Notes under the pieces: generated by a model | Told to the model about the DNA's origin: nothing | The model's database searches: none | What the model saw: only the letters and a program-made list of their open reading frames with translations | NCBI GenBank assembly: GCA_965223415.1 | Contig: OZ245002.1 | Location: 1,408,001 to 1,472,000 of the forward strand | Reading direction: 5' to 3' | Source: Myxococcota bacterium | GTDB taxonomy: Bacteria; Myxococcota_A; UBA9160; UBA6930 | DNA: 64,000 bases | Program-made: the position numbers and the translations under genes | Part shown: one piece after another, positions 47,450 to 59,486 of the stretch | Numbering within the stretch: the first letter of the stretch is position 1 | Layout: every line of letters begins with the position of its first letter

Positions 47450-48054
47450 GCGACCGGGACTCCATCCTCGGCCGCGTGCGAGCCGCGGCCGGCCACGCGC
47501 TGGCCCATCCCGGCGCCCACCCGGCGCCGGACCTGCCGGGGGGCTTCGAACGCTTCGCGTCCAGGCTACGGGCGGTCGGCGGCGAGGCCCACGGCCCGGT
47601 GGCGGCCTGGGCCGTCGGAGAAGAGGCCTCCCGGGTCGCGAGCCTGCGGGCCCAGGGCGGGCGCGTGCTCACCACCGAGGCCGCCTGCGACCGGTTGGGG
47701 CCCGGGCCCTGGGTGGTGGCCGCCGCGGGGACCTCGCCGGTCGCCTTCGAGGACGTGGCGGTCGCCATCATCGAGGGCACGGTGGGGGTCGCCGAGAACG
47801 GCGCCGTCGCCGTAGAAGGCCGGCATGTCACGCATCGCGCCCTGCCCTTCCTCTGCCGCCACCTGATCCTGCTGCTCCCCACCGCGGCGATCCACCCCGA
47901 CCAGCACCGCGCCCAGGCCGCGCTCCCCGAAGACGCCTACGACCACCACCACCTCACCTGGATCAGCGGCCCCTCCAAGACCGCCGACATCGAGCAGACG
48001 CTCGTCTACGGCGCCCACGGCCCCCTCACCCTCGACCTCATCGCGATCGACTGA
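47446..48054 (+). CDS. lutC: L-lactate utilization protein C (LUD domain)
   Basis: AENGAV, ISGPSKTADIEQTLVYGAHGP. Confidence 0.9.
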   Translation: MSDRDSILGRVRAAAGHALAHPGAHPAPDLPGGFERFASRLRAVGGEAHGPVAAWAVGEEASRVASLRAQGGRVLTTEAACDRLGPGPWVVAAAGTSPVAFEDVAVAIIEGTVGVAENGAVAVEGRHVTHRALPFLCRHLILLLPTAAIHPDQHRAQAALPEDAYDHHHLTWISGPSKTADIEQTLVYGAHGPLTLDLIAID

Positions 48055-48078
48055 GCGCAGCCGGGGGGCCCGTTGCGT

Positions 48079-50097
48079 TCAGGAGCCCTGGTGCGTCGGG
48101 AAGGCGAGGGCGACGCGGAACCCCCCGTCTTCGGCGTTGCTGGCGCGGAGGGCGGCGCCCATCTGCTCGGCGAGGCTCTGGACGAGGGAGAGGCCGATGC
48201 CGGTGCCCTGGGCGCGCCGGGTGAGCTCGCTCTCCTCACGGTGGAAGGGCTCGAAGATGCGTTTGTGGCTGGCGGGCGGCACGCCGGGGCCGTGGTCGCG
48301 CACGGTCATCACCACCTGCTCGCCTTCGCCGGCGAGGACGAGGCGCACCGTCTTGTCCCGCGCATCTCGCGCGTACTTGAGGGCGTTGTCGACGAGGTTG
48401 AAGAGGACCTGGAGGACGGCGTCGCGATCGAAGCGCACCGGTGGGAGGTCCGGCGCGATGTCCACCTCGAGGCCGAAGCCCTGGGACGCTGCATGAGGTG
48501 CCAGCACATCCCCGGCCTCTTGCACCACCGGCCCCAGATCGCCGACGATCCAGCTCATCTCCCGGCTGCCGCGCTCGAGCCGGGAGAACTCGAGCACGTT
48601 GTCGATCAGGCGCGACAGCCGCTCGGACTCGGCGGTGATCGTGCCGACGTACTCGCGCTGCTTGGCTTCACTCGGCACCATCCCGTCGCGTAGCATCTCG
48701 CCGTACATGCGAATGGCCGTGAGCGGTGTCTTCAGCTCGTGCGAGACGGCGGCCACGAAGTTGGCGCGGCGCTCCGAGAAGCCGACGACCACCGTCACCA
48801 TGCGGTAGAGCGCGAACAGGCCGACGGAGCCCGCCAGCACCAACGCCAGGCTCAGGCCGTAGATGCTCCGGGCGCCCGAGCCGCCGGCCAGCTCCGGCAG
48901 TGAGAGGTCCACCGCCAGGGCGTCGAAGGGCTCGGCGAAGCGGTGACGGTAGTGAAACACGCCGCCGCTCGGCGCCGGCGGCTCCCGACCCGGCTCGACG
49001 AGGCGACCGCTCACCTCCGTGAGACCCGGGAGGGCGGCGCCGAGCAGGGTCCGCCCGAGGGCCTGGGTATCGAGGATGAGACCCTGGCGGAGCGCCCGGT
49101 TTCCGCGCCACACGGTTCGATGCAGGACCAGATGATCCGCGTCCAGCCGCAGCCCCAGCATCGGATCCACGACCAGCGGATCCGGCGCGGCACGGCTCTC
49201 CGCCGGATCGTTCTTCCGACCACCGGGCACCGGCGGGCGCGCGGCCAGGCGGCCCTCTGCCTTCGCTTCGTCCCGCCGCAGCGCCCGGGCCGCGGGCTCC
49301 GCCGGCGCCGCGGACGCCAGCTCCTCCAACGACTCCGGCGCGTCAGCGCTCGGGCGGGGAGCCACCTCCCGCGCCCGAGACGGCGGGGGCGCCGGCGCGG
49401 ACGCCGAAGATCCGGCTCCGGTCGCGAACGCCCCGCTCTCCGGGACGTCGCGCGCGTCCGCCAGCATCTCCGGTGACGCGGGCTCGACCTCGATCACCTT
49501 CTGGGTGCGCTTCTGGCGGAGGGCGGCGCCGCGGTTCAGCGATTGCAGCGCGTCGTAGGCATCGTCGAAGGACGCGTCCTCTTCCAGCTCGACCTGCAGC
49601 TTGCGATCCCGGCCGACGGCGACCGTGGTGCCCGGGGCCTGCTTCGCCGCCGTTCGCGGAGTGGGTGCGGCCGTCGGCCATGCGCGACGGGCCAGCCCGA
49701 GCACCCGCTCCGCCGCCGCCTCCGCTGCCGGCGAGGGCGCGGGCCCGCCGGGCCGCGGCAGGAGCGGCGTGTGCACGACCCCCTCCGCGTCGACCTCGAA
49801 GTGCCCGATCACGAAGGGCTCGGGCGACGGGTCCGCCAGCGGCGAGCGCAGCAGTACGCCGCCCGTCCCTCCGGCCGGCGACCAGGTGTGACGGTAGTGG
49901 CCGACCGGGCGCTCCTCCTCTGCCTGCAGGAAGGCCGAGAGGGTGCGCTCCATCTCGTCGAACACGCGCTCGGCGACGGCGCGGTGGCGCGCCGCCTGCT
50001 CGACGGCCACGCCGTCGAGGGCGCGCCGCACCAGCAGGACTCCGGGGACGAGGAGCCCCACCGCGAGCAGCGCGAACACCAGCCGGAGGCGACCCAC
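48079..50097 (-). CDS. Sensor histidine kinase with large periplasmic region
   Basis: VSHELKTPL, NLVDNALKY, DHGPG, GTGIGL; two TM segments. Confidence 0.92.
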   Translation of the reverse strand: MGRLRLVFALLAVGLLVPGVLLVRRALDGVAVEQAARHRAVAERVFDEMERTLSAFLQAEEERPVGHYRHTWSPAGGTGGVLLRSPLADPSPEPFVIGHFEVDAEGVVHTPLLPRPGGPAPSPAAEAAAERVLGLARRAWPTAAPTPRTAAKQAPGTTVAVGRDRKLQVELEEDASFDDAYDALQSLNRGAALRQKRTQKVIEVEPASPEMLADARDVPESGAFATGAGSSASAPAPPPSRAREVAPRPSADAPESLEELASAAPAEPAARALRRDEAKAEGRLAARPPVPGGRKNDPAESRAAPDPLVVDPMLGLRLDADHLVLHRTVWRGNRALRQGLILDTQALGRTLLGAALPGLTEVSGRLVEPGREPPAPSGGVFHYRHRFAEPFDALAVDLSLPELAGGSGARSIYGLSLALVLAGSVGLFALYRMVTVVVGFSERRANFVAAVSHELKTPLTAIRMYGEMLRDGMVPSEAKQREYVGTITAESERLSRLIDNVLEFSRLERGSREMSWIVGDLGPVVQEAGDVLAPHAASQGFGLEVDIAPDLPPVRFDRDAVLQVLFNLVDNALKYARDARDKTVRLVLAGEGEQVVMTVRDHGPGVPPASHKRIFEPFHREESELTRRAQGTGIGLSLVQSLAEQMGAALRASNAEDGGFRVALAFPTHQGS

Positions 50098-50801
50098 TAG
50101 CCGGCGACCCGGTAGCCTTCGCCGCGCACCGTCTCGATCGCATCCCGCGCGGCGCCGAGCTTCTTGCGCAGCTTCGCGATGTGCATGTCGACGGTCCGCG
50201 TCTCGAGCCGCTCCGGACGATCGAAGCCCCACACCTCCTGGAGGAGCATGCGGCGGCTCACGATGCGGCCGCGCTCCCGGGACAGCAAGGCGAGCATCTC
50301 GAGCTCCCGCCGCGAGAGCTCCACCTCGCCCTCGCCCGTCCGCGCCACCCGGCGCTCCGGATCCACCTGTACCGCGCCGAGCGTGAAGGGCTCCGCCTGC
50401 GGCTCGGCGCCCTTGTCGGCGCGCCGCAGCAGCGCCTCCACCCGCGCCATCAGCTCGGCGATCGAGAAGGGCTTCGTCACGTAGTCGTCGCTTCCGCAGC
50501 GAAAGCCGCGCACCACGTCCTCCTCGGCGCCGCGGGCGGTGAGCATCAGGATCGGCAGGTGCGGCAGCTCCCCCCGCAGCTCCTCGCAGACGTCGAAGCC
50601 GTTCTTGCCGGGCAGCATGACGTCAAGGATCACCAGGTCGTACTGCCCGGCGAGGCCCTCGCGCAGGCCTTCCTCTCCGGTGTCGGCCCCGGTGGGCTCG
50701 AAGCCGTGGAAGGCGAGCACGTCACAGAGCCCGCGCTGGATGGCGGGCTCGTCCTCGACCACGAGGACGCGGGGCCTGGGCTGCGAGTCGGATCGGGTCA
50801 T
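50097..50801 (-). CDS. OmpR-family response regulator
   Basis: VVEDE, LDVMLP, KPFS, RTVDMHIAKLRKK, TVRGEGY. Confidence 0.95.
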   Translation of the reverse strand: MTRSDSQPRPRVLVVEDEPAIQRGLCDVLAFHGFEPTGADTGEEGLREGLAGQYDLVILDVMLPGKNGFDVCEELRGELPHLPILMLTARGAEEDVVRGFRCGSDDYVTKPFSIAELMARVEALLRRADKGAEPQAEPFTLGAVQVDPERRVARTGEGEVELSRRELEMLALLSRERGRIVSRRMLLQEVWGFDRPERLETRTVDMHIAKLRKKLGAARDAIETVRGEGYRVAG

Positions 50802-50841
50802 GGCGGTGTCCCGGCAAGTGTAGGAAGCGATCGGGTGGCGG

Positions 50842-50890
50842 ACGTAAATCCCACGTAAACCCGGAAGGCCCCGTTTTACCCGGCCTTTTC
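50842..50890. promoter_or_regulatory. Candidate OmpR-family binding boxes
   Basis: ACGTAAA-tccc-ACGTAAA (11-bp period), plus opposite-strand GAAAA-N6-GTAAA at 50875-50890. Confidence 0.55.
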
Positions 50891-50978
50891 AGCACCCCGC
50901 CGATGCAGGGGGTACTTCTCTCACGAGGCCCGTGAAACGAATCGGCCCGACCCACGAGAGGCTTGAAAGGAGACCCGG

Positions 50979-51530
50979 ATGCCCACGAGACTGATCGACC
51001 GGATCGGCGCCCTGCTGCGCGCCGATGCCCACGGCGTGGTGGACGCCCTGGAGGAGCGCGGCCTGCTGCTGCGCCAGGCCCTCCGCGAGGCCGAGCTCGA
51101 GCTGCTGCAAAAGCGCGCCCGGGTCGCGGCGCTGACCGAGGAGGAGGCTCGCCTGCAGGACGAGCGCGAGCGCAAGCAGGCCGCCGTCGCCCAGCTCGAC
51201 GAGGACGTGGCGCTGGCCCTGGCCGGCGACAAGGAGGAGCTCGCCCGCTTCGCGGTGAGGCGGCTGCTACCGGAGCGGCGGGAGCTCGGCGCCCTCGGCG
51301 TGCAGATCGAGGAGGTCCAGGCGACCCGGGAAAAGCTCGAGGTGCGCCTCGCGGAGCAGGAGGAGGCCTTCACGGCCCTCCGCACCCGCGCGCGCGCCCA
51401 GCTCGCGAAGCCTGTGCGTCCGGACCTGGACGACACCCTTGCCGATGCGGGCGGTCCCGACGTCGCCGACGAGGAGATCGAGCTCGAGCTGCTGCGCCGC
51501 CGCGGCACGCTGGCGGGAGGAGCGGCGTGA
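50979..51530 (+). CDS. PspA/IM30 family protein
   Basis: LIDRIGALLRADAHGVVDALEE..LLLRQALRE; coiled coil; DEEIELELLR tail. Confidence 0.85.
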   Translation: MPTRLIDRIGALLRADAHGVVDALEERGLLLRQALREAELELLQKRARVAALTEEEARLQDERERKQAAVAQLDEDVALALAGDKEELARFAVRRLLPERRELGALGVQIEEVQATREKLEVRLAEQEEAFTALRTRARAQLAKPVRPDLDDTLADAGGPDVADEEIELELLRRRGTLAGGAA

Positions 51531-52072
51531 TGGCGTGGCACGGATTCGTGCGGACGATCCTGTTCGGCGGCCTCGCGGCGGCGGGCTGGCCCGCGGCGGC
51601 GCTCCTGCTGCGCCCGGTCGCCGACCCGAGCGGCGCCCTGGCGGTGTACCTGCTCGCGGTGGCGTCGGTCTACGTGGCCGGCCTCGGCGCGAGCGCACGC
51701 CGCGCCCTGGGCGCTGGCCTGCTCGCCACCTTCCTGAGCGCCCTCGTGCTGGCGCTGGCCCCGGGGCTCGGCGGCGTCCTCGCCGGCGCGGTGGGGGTCC
51801 TCGCGGTCGGTCGCGTGCGCCTCTTCCACCGCGGCGGGCTCGCCCGCACCCTCGCCGTCGAAAGCGCGACGCTGACCACCGGCCTGCTGCTCGCGAAGCT
51901 CGTCGCCGGGCCGGACCCGGTGCAGGTGGCCCTCGCCCTGTGGGCCTTCTTCCTGCCCCAGAGCCTGTACTTCCTGCTCGGCGGGCTCGCGCGACGCCGC
52001 GATCCGGACGAAGGGCTGGATCCGTTCGACCTGGCCTGCCACCGCGCCGAGGCCCTTCTCGAAGCTCAGTAG
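51530..52072 (+). CDS. Hypothetical membrane protein
   Basis: TGATG coupling to the pspA-like gene; several TM segments; WAFFLPQSLYF...DPFDLA. Confidence 0.8.
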   Translation: MAWHGFVRTILFGGLAAAGWPAAALLLRPVADPSGALAVYLLAVASVYVAGLGASARRALGAGLLATFLSALVLALAPGLGGVLAGAVGVLAVGRVRLFHRGGLARTLAVESATLTTGLLLAKLVAGPDPVQVALALWAFFLPQSLYFLLGGLARRRDPDEGLDPFDLACHRAEALLEAQ

Positions 52073-52533
52073 ACGCCGCCGAGCTTGCGGTGATCCCAGC
52101 TCACGACCCGCTCGGGCCGCACGCGGATCCCCGTGCGCTTCGGTGCGGTGCCGCGCACGGCAGCGCGCAGCTGGTCGGCGTCGATGTCGCCCTGGACGCT
52201 CTTCGCGTTGACCTGCACCAGGATCTCCACCACGTCGTCGGCCTCGGGCACCAGCTCGGCGGTGCCGTAGAGGACGGCGCCGCGGAGCTCCGCGTACTCG
52301 GTGCCGTCTTCCACGAGCAGGCTCACCCGCGGATCGCGCTCCAGGTTCCTGATCTTCTGGCTCTTCGTGAAGGTGCTCATCACGATGGCGCCATTGCCCT
52401 CCACGGCGAACCACATCGGCATCGGGTGGGGCACACCGTCCTTGCCGATCGAGTTGATGATGATCGTGTGAGCCGAGCCGACGAACTCCCGGAGCTCGTC
52501 TTCGGTCATCCGGATCTGGTCACGTCGGGACAC
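52066..52533 (-). CDS. Pyridoxamine 5'-phosphate oxidase family (PPOX class, probable F420-dependent)
   Basis: PHPMPMWF, KSQKIRNLERDPRVSLLVE, SWDHRKL. Confidence 0.88.
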   Translation of the reverse strand: MSRRDQIRMTEDELREFVGSAHTIIINSIGKDGVPHPMPMWFAVEGNGAIVMSTFTKSQKIRNLERDPRVSLLVEDGTEYAELRGAVLYGTAELVPEADDVVEILVQVNAKSVQGDIDADQLRAAVRGTAPKRTGIRVRPERVVSWDHRKLGGVY

Positions 52534-52543
52534 GGGGCCTCCT

Positions 52544-55387
<2,844 letters not shown>

Positions 55388-55486
55388 TGGGGGGTGAGCG
55401 CCGGCAGCGAGCGGCGATCCGGGAGTGTCGGAGCTTTGTCCCGGCGGTGCCAGTGCGGAGGCTCCGCCTCTGCTACCTCTGCTGCC

Positions 55487-56203
55487 ATGCCCGACCTGGC
55501 CGCCCTGGCGATCCTCGGCTTGGCGGCCGGTCTCCAGGGCTTCCTGGGCTTCGGCTTCGGCATCGCCGCCATGTCCGGGCTCACCCTCTCCCACGACCTG
55601 CTGCACGCGGCCGGGGTGGTGAACCTCACGGGCCTGGTCACGACGAGCTGGCAGCTCCTGGCCCTGCGGCGCCACGTCCGGTGGCGGCCGGCGCTGCGCG
55701 TCCTGCCGACCCTCCTCGTCGGCATCGTGTTGGGCGTCTTCGCCCTCGGCACCTTCGATCGGGGCCTGATGGTGCGCGCCCTGGGCCTCACGACGATCGG
55801 AATCTCGCTCTGGAACCTGTGGCGCCCCCGGCTGCGCGCCACCGAGGCGCCGGCGGTGGATGCGGCCGTGGGGCTCGTGAGCGGCGCGTTGGGGGGCGCC
55901 TTCAATACCGGCGGCCCGCCGTTGATCGCCCACTTCTACAGCCGGGCCGACCCGCCGGAGGCGATCCGGGCCACGATCCAGCTGCTGTTCCTGACGATCG
56001 GCTCGGTACGGGCGCTGACGGCCACCAGTCAGGGGATGATCGATCGCAGCATCCTGATCGATGCGGCCGTCGCGATCCCTGCGGTCGTGGTGGGCCTGCT
56101 GGTGGGCTTCGCCATCGGCCGTCGCGTCGGCGCCCAGCGCTTCCGCACGGCGTCGTGGATCGCCCTGGGCCTGCTGGGGGCCGTGCTGGTCCTGCGGGCT
56201 TGA
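55487..56203 (+). CDS. Sulfite exporter TauE/SafE family
   Basis: QGFLGFGFG, GGAFNTGGPP; ~8 TM segments. Confidence 0.88.
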   Translation: MPDLAALAILGLAAGLQGFLGFGFGIAAMSGLTLSHDLLHAAGVVNLTGLVTTSWQLLALRRHVRWRPALRVLPTLLVGIVLGVFALGTFDRGLMVRALGLTTIGISLWNLWRPRLRATEAPAVDAAVGLVSGALGGAFNTGGPPLIAHFYSRADPPEAIRATIQLLFLTIGSVRALTATSQGMIDRSILIDAAVAIPAVVVGLLVGFAIGRRVGAQRFRTASWIALGLLGAVLVLRA

Positions 56204-56244
56204 GCCGCTTCGCTACGCTCGGGCCGATTCCGGGGAGGACAAGG

Positions 56245-56721
56245 ATGATGGGGACGTTCACGATCCGCCGGTCGACGCCGGCGTTGGGCCTCGCGCTGGT
56301 GCTTCTCGCCGCGCCCACCTGGGCGGGCACGTCGGTGGGGAAGAAGATCCCGTACCACCCGCAGTCCGGCGCTTCGAACAACGTCAAGGAGAGCTGTGCC
56401 CTCGACACGAAGATCCCGGAGATCTTCGCGGAGGCCATCCCGGACGTCTCGGTCGGCGGCGGTGGGGCCCGGCTCGAGCTGATGATCCGCGACGTCCACG
56501 CCCCGCCGGCCGGCGCCTTCTCGGGCCCGAAGTGGGTGACGATCTACGGGACCCTGAAACGGGGCGGACGGGAGGTGGGCTCGTTCCGCGCCAAACGCAA
56601 CACGGTCTGGGGCTCCGGCACCTGCGGCATGCTCTACAAGTGCGTGGGCGCCATCGCCGACGACGTGAGCGAGTGGCTGAAGAACCCCACCAAGGACGCG
56701 AGGCTCGGCAACGCGAAGTAG
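56245..56721 (+). CDS. Exported hypothetical protein
   Basis: GGAGG RBS; signal peptide; three Cys; FSGPKW...GTCGML.KC. Confidence 0.78.
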   Translation: MMGTFTIRRSTPALGLALVLLAAPTWAGTSVGKKIPYHPQSGASNNVKESCALDTKIPEIFAEAIPDVSVGGGGARLELMIRDVHAPPAGAFSGPKWVTIYGTLKRGGREVGSFRAKRNTVWGSGTCGMLYKCVGAIADDVSEWLKNPTKDARLGNAK

Positions 56722-56723
56722 GG

Positions 56724-56819
56724 GTGAGACAAAGGGACGTTCCTTTCTGTCTCACTCCTCGTAGCGGAGATCGGCGCCCCTTCGGGAGTGAGACAGAAAG
56801 GAACGTCCCTTTGTCTCAC
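56724..56819. repeat. REP-like inverted doublet (2 x 32 bp, 32-bp spacer)
   Basis: GTGAGACAAAGGGACGTTCCTTTCTGTCTCAC at 56724-56755 and exact reverse complement at 56788-56819. Confidence 0.9.
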
Positions 56820-57957
56820 TCTCCAGCACGTGCTCGGTGATTTCGGCTGGGGCAAGCAGGCGCATCGGCGGGCCCCAGAAGCCGGTGCCGCGGCTGACGT
56901 AGAGGTGGGAGCCGTTCTCCTCGTAGCAGCCGGCGACCCAGCGCACCGAGAGGCGGACCAGCCAGCGGAAGGGCCAGATCTGCCCGCCGTGGGTGTGCCC
57001 CGAGAGCTGCAGGTCCACGTCCCGTCGGCGGGCCTGCCGGAAGGTCGCCGGATCGTGGGCGAGCAGCACCAGCGGCTCCGCCGGATCCCTGCCTTCGAGG
57101 GCGCGGGGCAGATCTTCGGAGCTGCCGCGGGCCCAGTCGCCGCGGTGGTCGTCGACGCCGGCGAGCTCGAAGCTCGACGCTTCGCCTTCGATCCGCACGC
57201 GCTCGTTGCGAAGCACGCGGATGCCGAGCTCGCGGATGCGGGCCACCCAGGCCTCGTCGCCCGAGTAGATGTCGTGATTCCCGGTCACGAAGAAGACGCC
57301 GTGGCGCGCGCGCAGCTCACCGAAGGCTTCCACGTCGTGACGGAGCTTCTCCACGTGGCCGTCCACCAGGTCCCCGGTGATCGCGACGAGGTCCGCGTCC
57401 AGGGCGTTGACCCGCTCGACCAGGCGCTCGGCGAAGCCCTCTCCCAGGATCGGACCGATGTGGATGTCGCTGATCTGCACGATGCGCAGGCCGGCCAGGG
57501 CTTCGGGCCAACGGGGCAGCCGGTGCACCACCCGGCGCAGCGGCGGCGGACGCAGCCCGAAGAAGAGGCCCAGGGCAGCCAGCAGGCCGGTGCCGGCGGC
57601 CAGGGCCGCCGCCTTCGGCCCGGCCTCGAAGCCCGGGGCCCCCAGCCCCGACGCGAGCGCTTGCAGCAGGTCGATCGCGAGCGCCAGGTTCAGGCCGATC
57701 CAGAAGCAGCCCATCCAGAGCAGGAAGGGCCAGGAGAGGCGCCGAGTCCACGCGGCCGGGAGCGCCCGCTCGAGGGCCGGCTGGAGGACGGAGCCCGCGC
57801 CGAGGAGGCCGATCGCGAGAAGCGCCGCCCCGCGCAGGGGCCCGCCGAGGCCCGTGTCGAGGACGAGCCGCCGCGCCAGGTAGAGATGGGCGACCCCGAG
57901 GAGCGAGAGCGCGAGCGTGACCATCACGGTCACGAGCAGCAGGCGGCGGCGTTCCAT
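56752..57957 (-). CDS. Membrane-anchored metallophosphoesterase (YkuE-like)
   Basis: SDIH, TGDLVD, GNHD, LAH, SGHTHGGQ, SRGTGFWGPPMR. Confidence 0.92.
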   Translation of the reverse strand: MERRRLLLVTVMVTLALSLLGVAHLYLARRLVLDTGLGGPLRGAALLAIGLLGAGSVLQPALERALPAAWTRRLSWPFLLWMGCFWIGLNLALAIDLLQALASGLGAPGFEAGPKAAALAAGTGLLAALGLFFGLRPPPLRRVVHRLPRWPEALAGLRIVQISDIHIGPILGEGFAERLVERVNALDADLVAITGDLVDGHVEKLRHDVEAFGELRARHGVFFVTGNHDIYSGDEAWVARIRELGIRVLRNERVRIEGEASSFELAGVDDHRGDWARGSSEDLPRALEGRDPAEPLVLLAHDPATFRQARRRDVDLQLSGHTHGGQIWPFRWLVRLSVRWVAGCYEENGSHLYVSRGTGFWGPPMRLLAPAEITEHVLESETKGRSFLSHSRRGADLRYEE

Positions 57958-58110
57958 GGCGCCGCAGTCTCGCAGATCCGCAGCGCCGGCGGCAGCTTGC
58001 GCACACTGCCTGCCGGTGCGCGTGCAGCAGTTGCCGATGATTGTGGTCTTCAGTTCTCGTCCGGTCCGCTCGATAACGCGTCCGAACTGCAACGGCATGG
58101 GGGGAACCAC

Positions 58111-58413
58111 ATGCGCCATCTCGTCCGAAAGCTTCTTGTCACGGCGGCCATCCTGGCCACCTTGTCCGCACCGGCCACGACCTTCGCGGCTTCGCGGATG
58201 GGCACGCTGGAGATCGAGAAGACGAACCCGATGTGGGACCTGTTCTTTCTGCGGCCGATGGGATTTGCCGGGCTCGCCGTGAGCGCCGCCTTCTGGGTTC
58301 CGGTCCAGGCCGTCTGCATGGTCACCCGGCCCACGGAGTGGAAGCAGCCGATCGACATGATGCTGAAGGAGCCGTACGAATTCGTGTTCGTGGATCCCGT
58401 CGGATCCCACTAG
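58111..58413 (+). CDS. Small exported/membrane hypothetical protein
   Basis: Signal peptide; DLFFLRPMG...P...F..PVG. Confidence 0.75.
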   Translation: MRHLVRKLLVTAAILATLSAPATTFAASRMGTLEIEKTNPMWDLFFLRPMGFAGLAVSAAFWVPVQAVCMVTRPTEWKQPIDMMLKEPYEFVFVDPVGSH

Positions 58414-58455
58414 CCGGGACTATCGCCCGAGGGGGGCTCCCCGAGGGCTGATTCC

Positions 58456-58493
58456 AGCGGCCGCTCGCCATCGCGGGCGGCCGCTCTTTGTTT
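58456..58493 (+). terminator. Rho-independent terminator
   Basis: AGCGGCCGCTCGC-catc-GCGGGCGGCCGCT followed by CTTTGTTT. Confidence 0.7.
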
Positions 58494-58499
58494 CCGCGC

Positions 58500-59486
58500 T
58501 CACCAGCCGCGAAGGTCGACGGGCCAGCGCTCGAGCACCTGCTCGCCCTCGACCGCGTACAGCCACTCGTGATAGGCGGCGGTGGGATCGACGTGGGCGG
58601 GCAGCAGGCGGATCCTCTCTCCGACCCGGACGGGCGCCTCGGGCGCGAAGGTCACGTGCTCGTCGGAGCAGAACCAGACGCGGCCGCCGCCCAGGATCTC
58701 GGGATTGCCGTGGTCCATTCCCAGGGCCTTCAGGCCGCAGTCGGCCACGGCGTAGGTGTCGGAAACGGAGAGGACCGTCGCCTCGAGCTGGAGGGCGCAG
58801 CGGAAGGGCAGCCCGAGGGCGCGATACGCGGTGTCCATCAGGGCGTAGGAGCCGGCCTGGATCTCCGTCGCCACGCGATTCAGGTCGTAGCTCCCGGTCC
58901 CACCCGCGGAGACCACCTCCCCGCCCACGTCCGCGTGGGCGGCTGCCAGGAGCGACATCGCATCGTGGACCCCTTCGGCCTGCTTGTCGCGATCGGCCAC
59001 AAGCATCAGGTGGCCCTCGTAACCCATCACCCCGCGGACCTGGAGGCCCTGGCCGCGGGCGCGGTCGGCGAGCTCACCGGCGCGCTCCGGCGCGCAACCG
59101 CAGCGGGGCAGGCCCACGTTCACGTCGATCAGTACCTCGCCCACACCACCCCGCGCCGCGGCTTCGATGGTCTGGGGGGAGTCCACGGCCACCGTCACCC
59201 GCGCGTCGAGGGCGCCGAGCCGGCGAGCATCGAGCACCTCGTTCGCGAGCAGCAGGTCGTCGCCGAGGCCGGCGGCGGCCATGCCCTCCATCTCCCGGAT
59301 CGTCGCGCAGGTGAATCCGGTGTGACCGTGGGCCGCCTGCCGGCGGGCCAGGGCCGTGCACTTGTGGGCCTTCACGTGGGGACGCAGGCGCGGGCCCGGC
59401 AGGGCTTCGCTCATGGTCGCCAGGTTGTGCTCGAGGTCGGCGGCCGCGACCAGCAGCGCCGGTGTGGGAAGTTCCGAGGTCCGCAT
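58500..59486 (-). CDS. PLP-dependent D-threonine aldolase / D-serine dehydratase-like (fold type III)
   Basis: TPAL, LRPHVKAHK, GYEGH, EIQAGSY, SDEH, HVDPT. Confidence 0.9.
   Translation of the reverse strand: MRTSELPTPALLVAAADLEHNLATMSEALPGPRLRPHVKAHKCTALARRQAAHGHTGFTCATIREMEGMAAAGLGDDLLLANEVLDARRLGALDARVTVAVDSPQTIEAAARGGVGEVLIDVNVGLPRCGCAPERAGELADRARGQGLQVRGVMGYEGHLMLVADRDKQAEGVHDAMSLLAAAHADVGGEVVSAGGTGSYDLNRVATEIQAGSYALMDTAYRALGLPFRCALQLEATVLSVSDTYAVADCGLKALGMDHGNPEILGGGRVWFCSDEHVTFAPEAPVRVGERIRLLPAHVDPTAAYHEWLYAVEGEQVLERWPVDLRGW

Noticed and set aside
57958..58110. Possible riboswitch or ncRNA in the divergent intergenic region
   Set aside because: Only short imperfect stems; no recognisable family motif.
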